64,000 bases of DNA. Origin: Candidatus Poribacteria bacterium. GTDB lineage: Bacteria > Poribacteria > WGA-4E > PCPOR2b. The stretch spans positions 1,472,001 through 1,536,000 of the forward strand of contig OZ242351.1 in assembly GCA_965208675.1 (NCBI GenBank), given 5' to 3'. Both the position numbers and the translations under genes were made by a program. The notes under the pieces were generated by a model. That model was not told the origin of the DNA. It made no database searches and worked only from the letters and a program-made list of their open reading frames with translations. Below, one piece after another: positions 41,402-52,005 of this stretch. Positions within the stretch are counted from its first letter, which is position 1. The number at the start of each line of letters is the position of its first letter.

Positions 41402-42118
41402 TCAAGACGCAACGCCCCTAAAGTAAATTATTATCGGGAGCAATAAAAACCCAACCGCCATGGCGGCGGCAAAGACAATACCCACTGCGTAGATAAAAGG
41501 TGCATAGCGCGGGTAACCGATGCCGATAGATTGAAAAGCGCTCCAGAAACCGTGTCTAAGGTGCAAGCCAAGCAGCAGCATTACCGCAACGTATCCGATG
41601 ACAGTCCAAATGTTACTAAACTCCTCTTCCACTAATCTGTATATATCCCTAACCTCTTCGCCATGAATTTCTGTGAGGTGTGCGTCAACGTATTCTGCTT
41701 CGACGCCCGGACCGAACTTGAACATTTTGAGATGGATGATTACAAAGGCTAACAAAACTATCCCTGTAACGAGCATACTCACAGAACTCAAAGATTTTCG
41801 GCTCGGATGCCCTGCCCCGGCGGTTTTGAAATACCGCATGGCACGCGGGCGTGCCTCCGTTTTGCGTACTGCAACCGATATTCCCATGATGATATGGACC
41901 GCGAACACAGCGACGAGTCCAAGCTCAATAACGATGAGGACTTCACCGAGGCTGTGTAACCAATGCGCATATTGATTAAAAGGTCCGGCATTTTTGTGGA
42001 GAAGTAGGAGGTTGCCCGACAAGTGTTCAAGAATGAATACACATAATACTAAACCTGTAATACCTGTTAAGAACTTTTTGCCGACCGAAGACCAGACAAT
42101 TGAAGAAAATCGAGACAT
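41402..42118 (-). CDS. sdhC: Succinate dehydrogenase cytochrome b subunit (b558 family, 5 TM)
   Basis: SSVGKK..GITG, HLSGNL, LHLRHGFWSAFQSIG. Confidence 0.9.
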   Translation of the reverse strand: MSRFSSIVWSSVGKKFLTGITGLVLCVFILEHLSGNLLLLHKNAGPFNQYAHWLHSLGEVLIVIELGLVAVFAVHIIMGISVAVRKTEARPRAMRYFKTAGAGHPSRKSLSSVSMLVTGIVLLAFVIIHLKMFKFGPGVEAEYVDAHLTEIHGEEVRDIYRLVEEEFSNIWTVIGYVAVMLLLGLHLRHGFWSAFQSIGIGYPRYAPFIYAVGIVFAAAMAVGFLLLPIIIYFRGVAS

Positions 42119-42250
42119 AACTTTAAATCAATTCACAGTTCGAAATCGAAATTGTTTCATCATCTCGCACGTTGGGCTAATGCCGGGCGAAGTTCTGCAG
42201 TTATGGCGACACCGCTCTTCTCCCGAATAGGCTGATGCTCTGTGGTATCC

Positions 42251-43216
42251 CTACTCTGTCCCCTTCTTTTCTTCCAACTCTTCATGGATGCGCCGGACAT
42301 CTTGGACGTCCGTCACCGATGGGTGGGTGCCGGGTAAAAGGGGTTTGATTTTCCCTTTCAGGGTGGCTTTAATCGCGATGCCTGCGTTCCGAAAAGCCCA
42401 ACCGATACCCGCCGCTTTTATGGGCAGGGTGCGTTCATCAAGCACGCCGGTGTGCGCTACACTTTCGGTAAAGTGCAGGACGTGTTTCGCGCCGACGTTG
42501 TCCGTCAAGCCGGCGTCAATCGCCAATTCACGAAGCTTAATAATCTGATCCATCGGTGCAACACTCTTCGGGCAGACCTGCACACACTCCACACACCGCG
42601 TACAATCCCAGATACCGCCTTCCTCGCTCAATTCGGTTAGCCACTCATGGGATTTTGCGTGGCGGGGATCGCCAACGACACGGTACGCCTTAGCTAATGC
42701 CGCGGGCGCCAAGAATTTTGAGGTTTCCTCCAGCACGGTACAATCGCTCACACATGCACCGCACATAACACAGTTCATCGGTTGCTGCAGTTCGACCATC
42801 TTGCTGTGCGGCACCTGATACTCACGTTCGGGCGGTTCGCCCTCCGTCTCGATCCACGGCTTGACCTGCCGTATCTTGTCCCAAAACATCTCCATATCGG
42901 TTACAAGATCTTTGACCACCTTCATGTTACCCATCGGCTCCACACAGACCTCTTCACCGTTGGGAGCAAGCTTCGAGAGGGCAGTTTTGCAACCCAACTT
43001 TGCGTGTCCGTTCACCCTAAAGGCACACGAACCGCAGACTGCGCTGCGGCACGAACATCGCATCGTCAGTGTGCCATCAATATCTTCCCGCACCTTGATG
43101 AGTGCGTCTAATACGGTCGAGAAGTCTGGTAAACCGTCCACTTGATACGTGTCATAGTGCGGTTCTTGGTCTTTTTGCGGATCGTATCGGTACACTTTTA
43201 AGTTGGCTTGTATCAT
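42251..43216 (-). CDS. sdhB: Succinate dehydrogenase Fe-S subunit with C-terminal extension (type E-like)
   Basis: CRSAVCGSC, CVMCGACVSDC, CTRCVECVQVCPK (extra Cys) and an extended C-terminus. Confidence 0.92.
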   Translation of the reverse strand: MIQANLKVYRYDPQKDQEPHYDTYQVDGLPDFSTVLDALIKVREDIDGTLTMRCSCRSAVCGSCAFRVNGHAKLGCKTALSKLAPNGEEVCVEPMGNMKVVKDLVTDMEMFWDKIRQVKPWIETEGEPPEREYQVPHSKMVELQQPMNCVMCGACVSDCTVLEETSKFLAPAALAKAYRVVGDPRHAKSHEWLTELSEEGGIWDCTRCVECVQVCPKSVAPMDQIIKLRELAIDAGLTDNVGAKHVLHFTESVAHTGVLDERTLPIKAAGIGWAFRNAGIAIKATLKGKIKPLLPGTHPSVTDVQDVRRIHEELEEKKGTE

Positions 43217-43321
43217 TCATTAGTCTCCTTAGGGACTCCAGCGGTTAGCGGCGTGCAGCTCGATAAAACAAACGAATTTAACTATTCAAATACCGCTCAG
43301 CGCTGTCGTCGTGCATCAGTG

Positions 43322-45025
43322 CTAATATTTCCGTGCCTCAGGCTGCCATTGGGTAATCGTCACCGGCAAATAATCAATTGCAGGACCGTCGGGTGTTTGG
43401 TAGACAACCACATGTTTAATCCAGTTTTCATCGTCGCGTTCAGGGTAATCGGTCCGTGTATGCGCCCCCCGGCTCTCCTTCCGTGCGAGCGCACTTACGA
43501 TTATCGTTTCCGCGCAGTCTAGCATGTAATCTAACTCTAAGACAGCTAATAAATCAGTATTGAACACACGCCCTTTATCGTGAACGGAGATTTCGTTATA
43601 ACGATTACGAACTTCACTGATTTGGCGTTGGGCTTTGAGCAAACCCGCTTCGTCTCGAAATACACCGGTGTATTGATGCATAATCTCGCCCATTTCAAGC
43701 CTTAAGGCTGGTGCGCGCAGGTCGGTTGAGCGCGCAAAGATGTCGATTATTTTCTGCTCTTCTATCTCCACAGCTTGATCCGAGACGTTCGCAGACTTAA
43801 TACTCTTGGCGTACTCCGCGGCATGCGCTCCGGCTCGCCGACCGAACGCGACGCAGTCGAGCAGGCTGTTTCCGCCCAAACGGTTTGCGCCGTGCGCCGA
43901 AACACACGCTACCTCACCGGCAGCATACAAACCGGGGAGCGCCTCTACACCATCACCGTTTTGCCGGTAACACCGCCCATCCACGTCGGTCTTGATTCCA
44001 CCCATAATATAGTGCATTCCCGGTCGAATTGGCAGCGGTTCCTGCGTGATGTCTACGTTAGCGTAATCCTGTGCGAGTTCGTATATCTGGTGGAACGCTT
44101 CCAAGATACGGTCTTTGATATGCCGGCAATCCAGCAGCACACACCCGTCCACGCCCCGTCCTTCTTGGATTTCAATGGTTTCGGCACGCGACACAACATC
44201 GCGTGAAGCTTTCTCCAGCAGTGTCGTGGCGCCGTAGCGCTCATTCTGCATAAAACGATCGCCGTCGGCGTTCAGTAAATAGGCGCCCTCGCCGCGCGCG
44301 CCTTCGGTGATGAGGAAGCCGTTGGCAGGCAGGGTTGTCGGGTGGTATTGAACCATCTCCATGTCCATGATTAGCGCGCCGACCCGATAGGCTAATGCTA
44401 ACCCGTCGCCCGTCACGATTAACCCGTTGGTACTCGGTTCATAAACACGGCCGCAGCCGCCCGTACACAAGATGACCGATTTTGCCTTAAAGACCTCTAG
44501 TTTGCCGCTCACGATTTCCATCGCCACTGCACCGCAGCAGACGCCATCGTCCATCAACAGTGTTGTCACGAACCACTCGTCATAGGATTTGACATCCATC
44601 CGGAGCAGTTGTTCATACATGACGTGAAGAATTGTTTGCCCGGTCATGTCCCCTACGTGGCAAGTGCGGCTCTTGTCCGTGCCGCCGAAACCGCGCATGT
44701 GGATACGCCCTTCATCGTCGCGATCGAAGATAACACCGTGATGTTCAAGTGTGAATATATCCTGTATACCTTCGCTGCACAGAATCTCAATGGCGTCCTG
44801 ATCGCCTAAGAAGTCGCTGCCCTTGACGGTTTCGTAAGCGTGAACCTCCCAGGAGTCGGCAATACCGAGTGCCGCGTTGATGCCGCCCTGCGCCGCAGCC
44901 GAGTGCGAGCGTGTCGGGTATACTTTCGACATCATGGCTACGTCCGCGCCTGCCTGCCTCGCATGCAACGCAGCGCTCATTCCCGCCAAACCACCGCCAA
45001 TAACGAGCACGTCGTGTTCAATCAT
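43322..45025 (-). CDS. sdhA: Succinate dehydrogenase flavoprotein subunit
   Basis: GGGLAG, RSHSAAAQGG, QYHPT, EGARGEG, HYIMGG, HGANRLGGNSL. Confidence 0.97.
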   Translation of the reverse strand: MIEHDVLVIGGGLAGMSAALHARQAGADVAMMSKVYPTRSHSAAAQGGINAALGIADSWEVHAYETVKGSDFLGDQDAIEILCSEGIQDIFTLEHHGVIFDRDDEGRIHMRGFGGTDKSRTCHVGDMTGQTILHVMYEQLLRMDVKSYDEWFVTTLLMDDGVCCGAVAMEIVSGKLEVFKAKSVILCTGGCGRVYEPSTNGLIVTGDGLALAYRVGALIMDMEMVQYHPTTLPANGFLITEGARGEGAYLLNADGDRFMQNERYGATTLLEKASRDVVSRAETIEIQEGRGVDGCVLLDCRHIKDRILEAFHQIYELAQDYANVDITQEPLPIRPGMHYIMGGIKTDVDGRCYRQNGDGVEALPGLYAAGEVACVSAHGANRLGGNSLLDCVAFGRRAGAHAAEYAKSIKSANVSDQAVEIEEQKIIDIFARSTDLRAPALRLEMGEIMHQYTGVFRDEAGLLKAQRQISEVRNRYNEISVHDKGRVFNTDLLAVLELDYMLDCAETIIVSALARKESRGAHTRTDYPERDDENWIKHVVVYQTPDGPAIDYLPVTITQWQPEARKY

Positions 45026-45319
45026 AAAACTCCCTCTGCATTCTTCCTAATGCTATCGCAAATGATCCTAATCTTACCAAGATTCGCATGATGTTGTCAA
45101 TGAAATTATTTCCGCCGGTTGGCTGATCCCAACTTTTAAACATAACACATTCATCAACGTAAATGCAAGCGCTATATCGCGAGCCGTACGCTTCCCGAAA
45201 CATATGAACTGGAATCAACTCAACGTGCTTGATTTTTCAGTAAATTCGTGCTAGAATGGGGAGCATTCATGGGGAGAGGTGCGCCATAGCCAAGTTAGAA
45301 TTGAGGAGATATTGAAATT

Positions 45320-47326
45320 ATGAAAAAAACGTTTGCCCATTTGATTATTGCTTGCATGTATTACATATATGGAACTGGGCTGGCATTTGGGGTTAGTTTT
45401 CTAAAATTTGAGCGCGAGTTCAGCGGAAAAGGCAGCACGAACGGAGCATTCAGCAAAAACGTCCGCGTTGCATTCGACGCTGAAGGAAACATTTATGTGA
45501 GCGATGCTGATAACAGGCTGCTGCAGAAACTGTCGTCGACAGGCGAATTCTTGATGCAAACCCCTATGGATCCTAAATCGACGGAAAATATTCTGAAAAA
45601 GCCGGGCGACATCGCGGTAGATGGGGAGGGCAACATATACGTAGCTGATAACACCGTGCACCACATCAAAGAAACGGCAAATCCGAAAATCTACATGTTT
45701 GCACCGTGTGTCTACAAGCTCAATCCTAGCGGTGAGTTGATGCACACCTATTTCGTTGACCCCGTTGATGTACGCCCAAAGCAGGTATTGCCCGCGCACC
45801 TGATGATTGACGAAGACGGCAAATCCGCCTTTGGGATTCAGCCGAAACTGCATGACCGTAAATTGCTAGTCGATGTCAACCGCCAAAACCAGCTCTACGT
45901 ACTTGACAAGAAAAAGTCCACAGTCAGCATGTTTGGCGAGGATGGTAAAAAATTAACGGAGTTTGGACGGTACGGCGCAGGTAACGGAGAGTTTGACAGT
46001 GATGCCTCCGACATTGAAATTGACAGCTCGGGGAATGTGCTAATCGCGGACACCGGGAATCACCGCGTGGTCAAGTTTAATCCGGAGGGGCAATTCGTGC
46101 TGAGTTTTGGCGTTAAAGGACGCGGCAGCGGCGAATTCACCAAACCGCTGGCAATCGCCGCGCTGGCGACCGGCGAGATTCTTGTCAAGGACGCCAGCCA
46201 ATTCAAGCGTCATCTGGGCGGATTGCCAGCCGGTGGCTTGATGACGTTAATCTCGCCGTCCGGCGTCGGGATTGCCGATACCGTTACGTCGAACGCGCGG
46301 AATAGAAATACGATACTTGGCCAAAACGTTCCGGGACAAACCGATTTGGACGTATTGCAGCGGCGGATTCGACTTCTGGAGGAGGCAGAATACAGGCGGT
46401 ATTTCAGCGAATATTTCGATGAAGAGGACGATAAAGACAAAAATAAGAAAGAGGAAGACGAAGATCTGAAAGCAGCGGCAGTCCGAGCGACTATCTACCA
46501 CAATGTCATCGCTAGAGTTCAGAAATTTGACAGCAACGGAAGATACAAAAACCGCGTGATTTATGAGGTCGATAAACAGAGCGATACAGACCGCGACATC
46601 GCATTTCTGGCGTTGGATTCCTTGGGCCGCATCTACCTGCGTGACGCGAGCGATTTGACTATCCACCAATATTCAATCGCCGGGTTCACGATAAAGCCGT
46701 CGCACATGAACGCGCTCTACAACTCCCGAGCAAGCAATGTTGACACCGAGTTCCTTGAAGACTACGAGGATATTGACGCGCACGCGGACGTGGTGGATCA
46801 GTTCAATCAGTTGCGTATGGATAACACCTTTTTCTGGACCTATGCGCTCTCGGAACGGTGGAATCTGATGTTGGTCGACACCCTCAGCTACGGCGAAATT
46901 GATGAACGCTACACCACGCCTCCCAAACGCGAGGACAGCTACGACCTAGATACGAATGCGCTAACGAACACTTTCGCTGCAAACCTAAAATTCATCACAA
47001 ATCCAAATCCTTACCAGTATCAGGAACTGAATTTATATGCTGAACGGGTTGACGGCAGGACGGAACTTGGCAGAAACGCAATCTACCAAGACCTGAATCG
47101 ACAGCGCCAGGAAGATGAAGGCGATGCCGAATCATTAGCTGTCGGACTGAATTGGGATATCTTATCAAAGATGAATCTGTGGCTTGAATACTCTGATCTT
47201 AATCCCGCCGATACAAGCCGCAATTATACCCGCCGCTATTTCGATGTCTCAGGCGATCTCTACGAAGTTTTCGCTATCCGGAATCAGAGAAAACAGTTTT
47301 TGGGTGAATTGTCGATAAAATTTTAA
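45320..47326 (+). CDS. Secreted NHL-repeat beta-propeller protein with putative C-terminal outer-membrane barrel
   Basis: D.EGNIYVAD and IADTGNHRVVKF NHL repeats, amphipathic C-terminal strands ending ELSIKF. Confidence 0.75.
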   Translation: MKKTFAHLIIACMYYIYGTGLAFGVSFLKFEREFSGKGSTNGAFSKNVRVAFDAEGNIYVSDADNRLLQKLSSTGEFLMQTPMDPKSTENILKKPGDIAVDGEGNIYVADNTVHHIKETANPKIYMFAPCVYKLNPSGELMHTYFVDPVDVRPKQVLPAHLMIDEDGKSAFGIQPKLHDRKLLVDVNRQNQLYVLDKKKSTVSMFGEDGKKLTEFGRYGAGNGEFDSDASDIEIDSSGNVLIADTGNHRVVKFNPEGQFVLSFGVKGRGSGEFTKPLAIAALATGEILVKDASQFKRHLGGLPAGGLMTLISPSGVGIADTVTSNARNRNTILGQNVPGQTDLDVLQRRIRLLEEAEYRRYFSEYFDEEDDKDKNKKEEDEDLKAAAVRATIYHNVIARVQKFDSNGRYKNRVIYEVDKQSDTDRDIAFLALDSLGRIYLRDASDLTIHQYSIAGFTIKPSHMNALYNSRASNVDTEFLEDYEDIDAHADVVDQFNQLRMDNTFFWTYALSERWNLMLVDTLSYGEIDERYTTPPKREDSYDLDTNALTNTFAANLKFITNPNPYQYQELNLYAERVDGRTELGRNAIYQDLNRQRQEDEGDAESLAVGLNWDILSKMNLWLEYSDLNPADTSRNYTRRYFDVSGDLYEVFAIRNQRKQFLGELSIKF

Positions 47327-47423
47327 ACATGAGAATATCGACACGACATTCTATATCCAAAATATTTCACGACTTGCTGGGCATTCAAAAACCGTCAGGA
47401 GCGTCAGCTTCCCGTGATTATGA

Positions 47424-48266
47424 ATGCAAGTATTAGTAGGATGTCAGAAAGGAACCTATTTCATTGTGAGACATTTGAAGGATACCGATGTCATTGATGA
47501 GTTCGTAGCGTATCTAGAGAAGAATGGTCACCCAGGATTAAAGGTCGAGCGACGCCCGGAAGTCGAGAATCGAGAATCTGCCGACATTGATGCAATTGCT
47601 GGTCCATTTGCTATTGAGCACACAAGTATTGACACTCTCCCGAATCAACGTGGCAATAATGCTCGGTTCATGAAAGTCCTCGGCGATCTTGAACAAGAAC
47701 TGAACCCGCTTCCGTTTAAGTTTAACTTGTTCATCTCTATTGAGTATGATGCCATCACCAAAGGACAGGACTGGTCAGCAATAAAGAAAGCGCTGAAAGG
47801 GTGGATAACCCAAGATGCTCCTCGCATTAAAGACGGTTTCCATTTTATTGACAGCATTCCTGGAATTCCCTTCAAACTAAATGTCTACAAGGAACCGTGT
47901 TCTCCGGGTCGGCTTTACTCGAAGCGAAATATACCGGGCGATTGCACACTTCCCTCTCGTATCAAGGAACTGTTTGAAAAAAAAGCGGAGAAACTCTCAT
48001 ATTATCAAGGTTGTGGAAAGACGACTATACTTCTCATTGAGAGTTACGATGCGGCCCTTATGAACGAACCAAAAATGGTCACAGCGATTCGTGATGCCTA
48101 TCCAAATGGGCTTCCCTCTGGGGCAGATAAATTCTGGTACGCCCCAAATACATCCATTGATGCGCCTATTAGATTCAAAGATATCACCGCCGATCTATTG
48201 GCAGAGGACTATCCTGCGAAAAATAGCTTGTGGGAGGAGATTGAGGACGAATTCACAATGAAATAA
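47424..48266 (+). CDS. Hypothetical protein, possible PD-(D/E)xK-like fold
   Basis: 280-aa ORF (start may be GTG 47466) with a DIDAIAGPFAIEHT motif. Confidence 0.55.
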   Translation: MQVLVGCQKGTYFIVRHLKDTDVIDEFVAYLEKNGHPGLKVERRPEVENRESADIDAIAGPFAIEHTSIDTLPNQRGNNARFMKVLGDLEQELNPLPFKFNLFISIEYDAITKGQDWSAIKKALKGWITQDAPRIKDGFHFIDSIPGIPFKLNVYKEPCSPGRLYSKRNIPGDCTLPSRIKELFEKKAEKLSYYQGCGKTTILLIESYDAALMNEPKMVTAIRDAYPNGLPSGADKFWYAPNTSIDAPIRFKDITADLLAEDYPAKNSLWEEIEDEFTMK

Positions 48267-48426
48267 CCCGAACTACATTTACTATCTAAATGGGTTTGGT
48301 AACGCAATGCGTTTAGGAACAATTATACAAGGGCGTTGCCAAGATAAAGCGCTTGGAAGGCCAGCTTAACCTTTGCTACCTGACTAGCGGACTCAAGGTC
48401 CATTTATTCACTTTGAAACGGATTCG

Positions 48427-49053
48427 ATGGTTCCCGAAACTCACTTTTGGGGAGGCGCCACAATTAAAGGTTTAAAAATAGGGTTTAGAGTTTTACTCAA
48501 AATAGCGGTCAGCACAACGGGCGGGGTGGCACTTGTGGTACTCTTTATTGCATTGTATGACCCCGAAATCAATCAAGACGTTGCGGACGTTGCCTTTGTA
48601 TGTGGGTCAATATTTGGGGCTTATGTCGGCATCCTTTGGAGTGTTGGGAACTGGGTAGTAAGACATTGGCTAATATGGGCACCATTGGTAGGCTTTGCGG
48701 CGGGGGTGTTTTACGGTAGCATGAGGCACCCTAGGACAGACAATTACGCGTTGCCCAATTCCCAACAGCCACTGAAACTGATAGATACTCTAACTGAAGT
48801 GGAGAAACAGAAGTTAAATGAGTTTTGGGACATGGGTGCATTAAATAACGAGAACATTGACAAATTTGCGGAAGTGTTAGCTCGTCACGATCCTAACGAC
48901 CCGGAAAGAATTCAGAAAACGCTGAAAACATTGGGGGGCGCTCGTCGCGAAGCAATCATTAGCATGGGGGTAGTCCTAGGGCTAATTGGTCTGTTCGTCG
49001 GCGTGGTCGGTGCATTGAATACCGTCGGCGCATTTGGCAGGAAAGGGAGGTAA
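48427..49053 (+). CDS. Hypothetical membrane protein (~4 TM)
   Basis: Hydrophobic segments flank a short soluble helical region. Confidence 0.6.
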   Translation: MVPETHFWGGATIKGLKIGFRVLLKIAVSTTGGVALVVLFIALYDPEINQDVADVAFVCGSIFGAYVGILWSVGNWVVRHWLIWAPLVGFAAGVFYGSMRHPRTDNYALPNSQQPLKLIDTLTEVEKQKLNEFWDMGALNNENIDKFAEVLARHDPNDPERIQKTLKTLGGARREAIISMGVVLGLIGLFVGVVGALNTVGAFGRKGR

Positions 49054-49134
49054 TATCAGTTTTAATCGTCATGGGCGTATAGACTGGCGTCTTGTGCGCG
49101 ATTTTTCCAAACCCAAAACTTAGCCCTCGTTCCT

Positions 49135-51333
49135 TCACTCCGCTACCCCCACGACCCACCCGACTGTTTTGGCGGGTTTGTATTCTCCGTCGCGCAGGTA
49201 TTTAGATGTGTGCCACAAACACAACCGCTCTCCGTCGGGCAACCATGTCACTTTCACCAAGTCAATTGTTGTGCGTGCGATCGGCAATGCGCGGTTCGTT
49301 TCCATATCCAGCACCCACACCTTCCACATTATCCCCATACAATCCTCACGTTCCAAATAAGCGAGCCGAACGCCTTGGGGCGACCATGCCGGCGATGTGT
49401 GTTTGAAAACTCTTGACGCATTTGGCAAATCCGTAGAAACAACGTGGAGTTGCTTATTTAGCAGCGCACCCGACACCGCATCTCCGGAAAGCACGTAAGC
49501 AAGGTTAGTTCCGTCAGCCGACCAATTTACCTGTTTAACCCGTTGGGAAGACGTTTTGATCTCTTTCAGTTTTGTGCCGTTAGTATCCTGGATGCGAATC
49601 CTGGCGTGTCCGGAGGCGTAGTGTTGGTAATCCAACCCAATTGCAACTCGATTTCCATCTGGAGACCACGACGGCGGGTCTAGGTAACTGAAGGCGCCAA
49701 TCCGCCCTTTGATTGGTATCCGCGCCATCTGGGCAAGCTGGGATTTATCGCTATTGATTCGATAAAGGTTATGAACTCCATCTTCCCAACGCCGGAACGC
49801 AATCTGATTGGCGGTAGGCGACCATGCCGGCGCATCCCCGGCAACCAGCTTGATTATGTGGGGATTATGCCGATTAATTATAAATACATAGCTGTCCCTT
49901 CCCTCATATCCTTCAAACGCAATAAGATTGCTGTCAAGCGACCATGACAGATGCGGATTATAGAAATTTCCTCCGCACAGCCTTTTGAACCGCCTCGCAT
50001 GACTATCCGTAAGCCAGAGTTCGCTCGCTTTCCAGTATTGCCCGGAGAGGTTGGTTCGCTTCAAAAACGCAATCACCTTACCGTTGGGCGACCAGTGAGG
50101 CGATTCTCCGCCTTCAATCAGTTCCAATGTCCGAACGTTTGAACAGACGGCTTTATTGAACTGAACCCTTTCAACTTCTTCAAACTCGCCGATTCCAAAC
50201 CCGTCCATCCAACCGTTTTCCCCGTTTGGAAGCTCAACCTGATACCAATTCTCCGACGCATCAACGATTGGCAGTTCGACGCCATCGTTAAGCGGCAATA
50301 GCACTTCTGAGGATTTTTCAGCACTCCGCTCCCCAGTAATTCCGCTGTCTCTGTTGGCATAAACCGGTGCTTCATCGTGAACGACGATTCCGATTGGACG
50401 TTTATCCGGTTCATCTTGCGGCGCATCGGCGTCCTGATTCTCAAAGGCATACACATATCCGTCGTGCGAGGTGATGTAAAGCATTCCGTCAGCGATTGCC
50501 GGCGCCGCGTCAATGTAGCCTTTTGCTTCGTACGACCAAATCTCCGCTTGTGATTCAGCGTCAAAAGCGTGAACCTTTTTATCGCGCCCGCCGATGTAAA
50601 CGACCTCATTCGCGGTGACCGGATAGCTACTCGTACCGGGCGCGAGACCGCGCCATAAATCTGCACGATGACGCGGCATCGTTGGCCGCAACTTTCCGCG
50701 GGTGCAAACAAATTCGTTGCCGCTAATCCTGACTCGGCTCCTGACTTGGTTCAGTAATGCACCGGTAGCCGCATCCATGATAAGAATCTTGTTCGGAAAT
50801 ACGCCAACGTAAATGTTTCCGCCTGAAGCAATCGGCGGGGAATCCATCCAGTTCTCGGCTTGGTACTGCCAAATCTTTACGCCCGAATCCGATTCAAGCG
50901 CATACACCCGGTTGTCTCGCGCACTGACGTAGACGCGGTTGTTCCAAACTGTCGGTGCGTACCGAATGGCGCCGCTAGTTTGAAATGTCCACCGTACTCC
51001 CCAATTTTTTGCGTCAAGCGCGTACAACTTTTGGTCCTCTGAACCAACGTATACGGTTCCGTAAGCCACGGCAACGCTACCGATTATGGGTCCTCCGGTC
51101 TTGAATTTCCAGCGCAACTTGAGCGGCGGCTTAAGGTGCTGATCGGAACATTTACCGGAGAAATTCAGGTCGTGCATGAACATCGGCCAATCTTGGGGCC
51201 GAGTCGGCGATACAGCCTCAGCCCGTTGACTCACCCCGTCGGGTTTTGCGGAAGGAGTCGCATCTTGCGTGTCCTGAGATTGACACGACCATATGGCAAA
51301 AACAAGTAAAACCGAAAAAATGATTCGCCTCAT
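49135..51333 (-). CDS. Lipoprotein with PQQ-like propeller, SH3b-like domain and TolB/PD40 propeller
   Basis: Lipobox IWSC, WKFKTGG...YVGSEDQKLYALDA repeats, WYQVELPNGENGW (SH3b), PxWSPDG repeats. Confidence 0.82.
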   Translation of the reverse strand: MRRIIFSVLLVFAIWSCQSQDTQDATPSAKPDGVSQRAEAVSPTRPQDWPMFMHDLNFSGKCSDQHLKPPLKLRWKFKTGGPIIGSVAVAYGTVYVGSEDQKLYALDAKNWGVRWTFQTSGAIRYAPTVWNNRVYVSARDNRVYALESDSGVKIWQYQAENWMDSPPIASGGNIYVGVFPNKILIMDAATGALLNQVRSRVRISGNEFVCTRGKLRPTMPRHRADLWRGLAPGTSSYPVTANEVVYIGGRDKKVHAFDAESQAEIWSYEAKGYIDAAPAIADGMLYITSHDGYVYAFENQDADAPQDEPDKRPIGIVVHDEAPVYANRDSGITGERSAEKSSEVLLPLNDGVELPIVDASENWYQVELPNGENGWMDGFGIGEFEEVERVQFNKAVCSNVRTLELIEGGESPHWSPNGKVIAFLKRTNLSGQYWKASELWLTDSHARRFKRLCGGNFYNPHLSWSLDSNLIAFEGYEGRDSYVFIINRHNPHIIKLVAGDAPAWSPTANQIAFRRWEDGVHNLYRINSDKSQLAQMARIPIKGRIGAFSYLDPPSWSPDGNRVAIGLDYQHYASGHARIRIQDTNGTKLKEIKTSSQRVKQVNWSADGTNLAYVLSGDAVSGALLNKQLHVVSTDLPNASRVFKHTSPAWSPQGVRLAYLEREDCMGIMWKVWVLDMETNRALPIARTTIDLVKVTWLPDGERLCLWHTSKYLRDGEYKPAKTVGWVVGVAE

Positions 51334-51354
51334 TGTCGTCCTTTTCAGCGAGAT

Positions 51355-51807
51355 TCACTCCTCTGAGCCAGTTTTATCTACTAGCGCCCTCAACCTCTGG
51401 TAAAACACCGGGTTGTCCTTTCCCGCCTCCATTAACAAATCGGTTAGTTCCGATTTAGATAGGCGCTCCAGCTCTTGGCGAATTTGCGACTGGACGACGC
51501 CTTCATCAACCCGCTCGTAAACCCATTCAAATAGGACCGCGGCAACATGCTGACAGACATCAAACCCTTGCGAATATGGACAGGTGCAGATTCCGTCAAT
51601 TCCATCATCATCGTACCAGACTTTGACAGTGTAATTTGGGGATGATCTGCCGGCCATTTCGGCATCAATAGCAGTTTCGCTAACCCTCAGATTCTTCACC
51701 AATCCCGATTCGTAATCGTCGTATCCACGCCCCGCCAAGGTATGGCCGACCAGAGTGTAGATGTCATCCTCAGTAACGTCCTTTAGCTTCATTCGCAACA
51801 CCCGCAA
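51355..51807 (-). CDS. SWIM zinc-finger protein
   Basis: CTCPY...CQH motif. Confidence 0.85.
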   Translation of the reverse strand: MRVLRMKLKDVTEDDIYTLVGHTLAGRGYDDYESGLVKNLRVSETAIDAEMAGRSSPNYTVKVWYDDDGIDGICTCPYSQGFDVCQHVAAVLFEWVYERVDEGVVQSQIRQELERLSKSELTDLLMEAGKDNPVFYQRLRALVDKTGSEE

Positions 51808-52005
51808 CTTGTTTTAACGTGCACATCAAAATCCGCCATCTTTCAAGGTAAATTATAGGCGATTATTCGTGCTTCGTCAACGCGCAATTGTGCTGCCCGT
51901 CACGCATGTGGGGGATTTATTCTATTGACACTAACCGTTTGTTCAGTTACACTTTCGTCACAGATGAATCTGTAGGTATTGACTCCACCGCTGAAAGGAG
52001 AGTTT

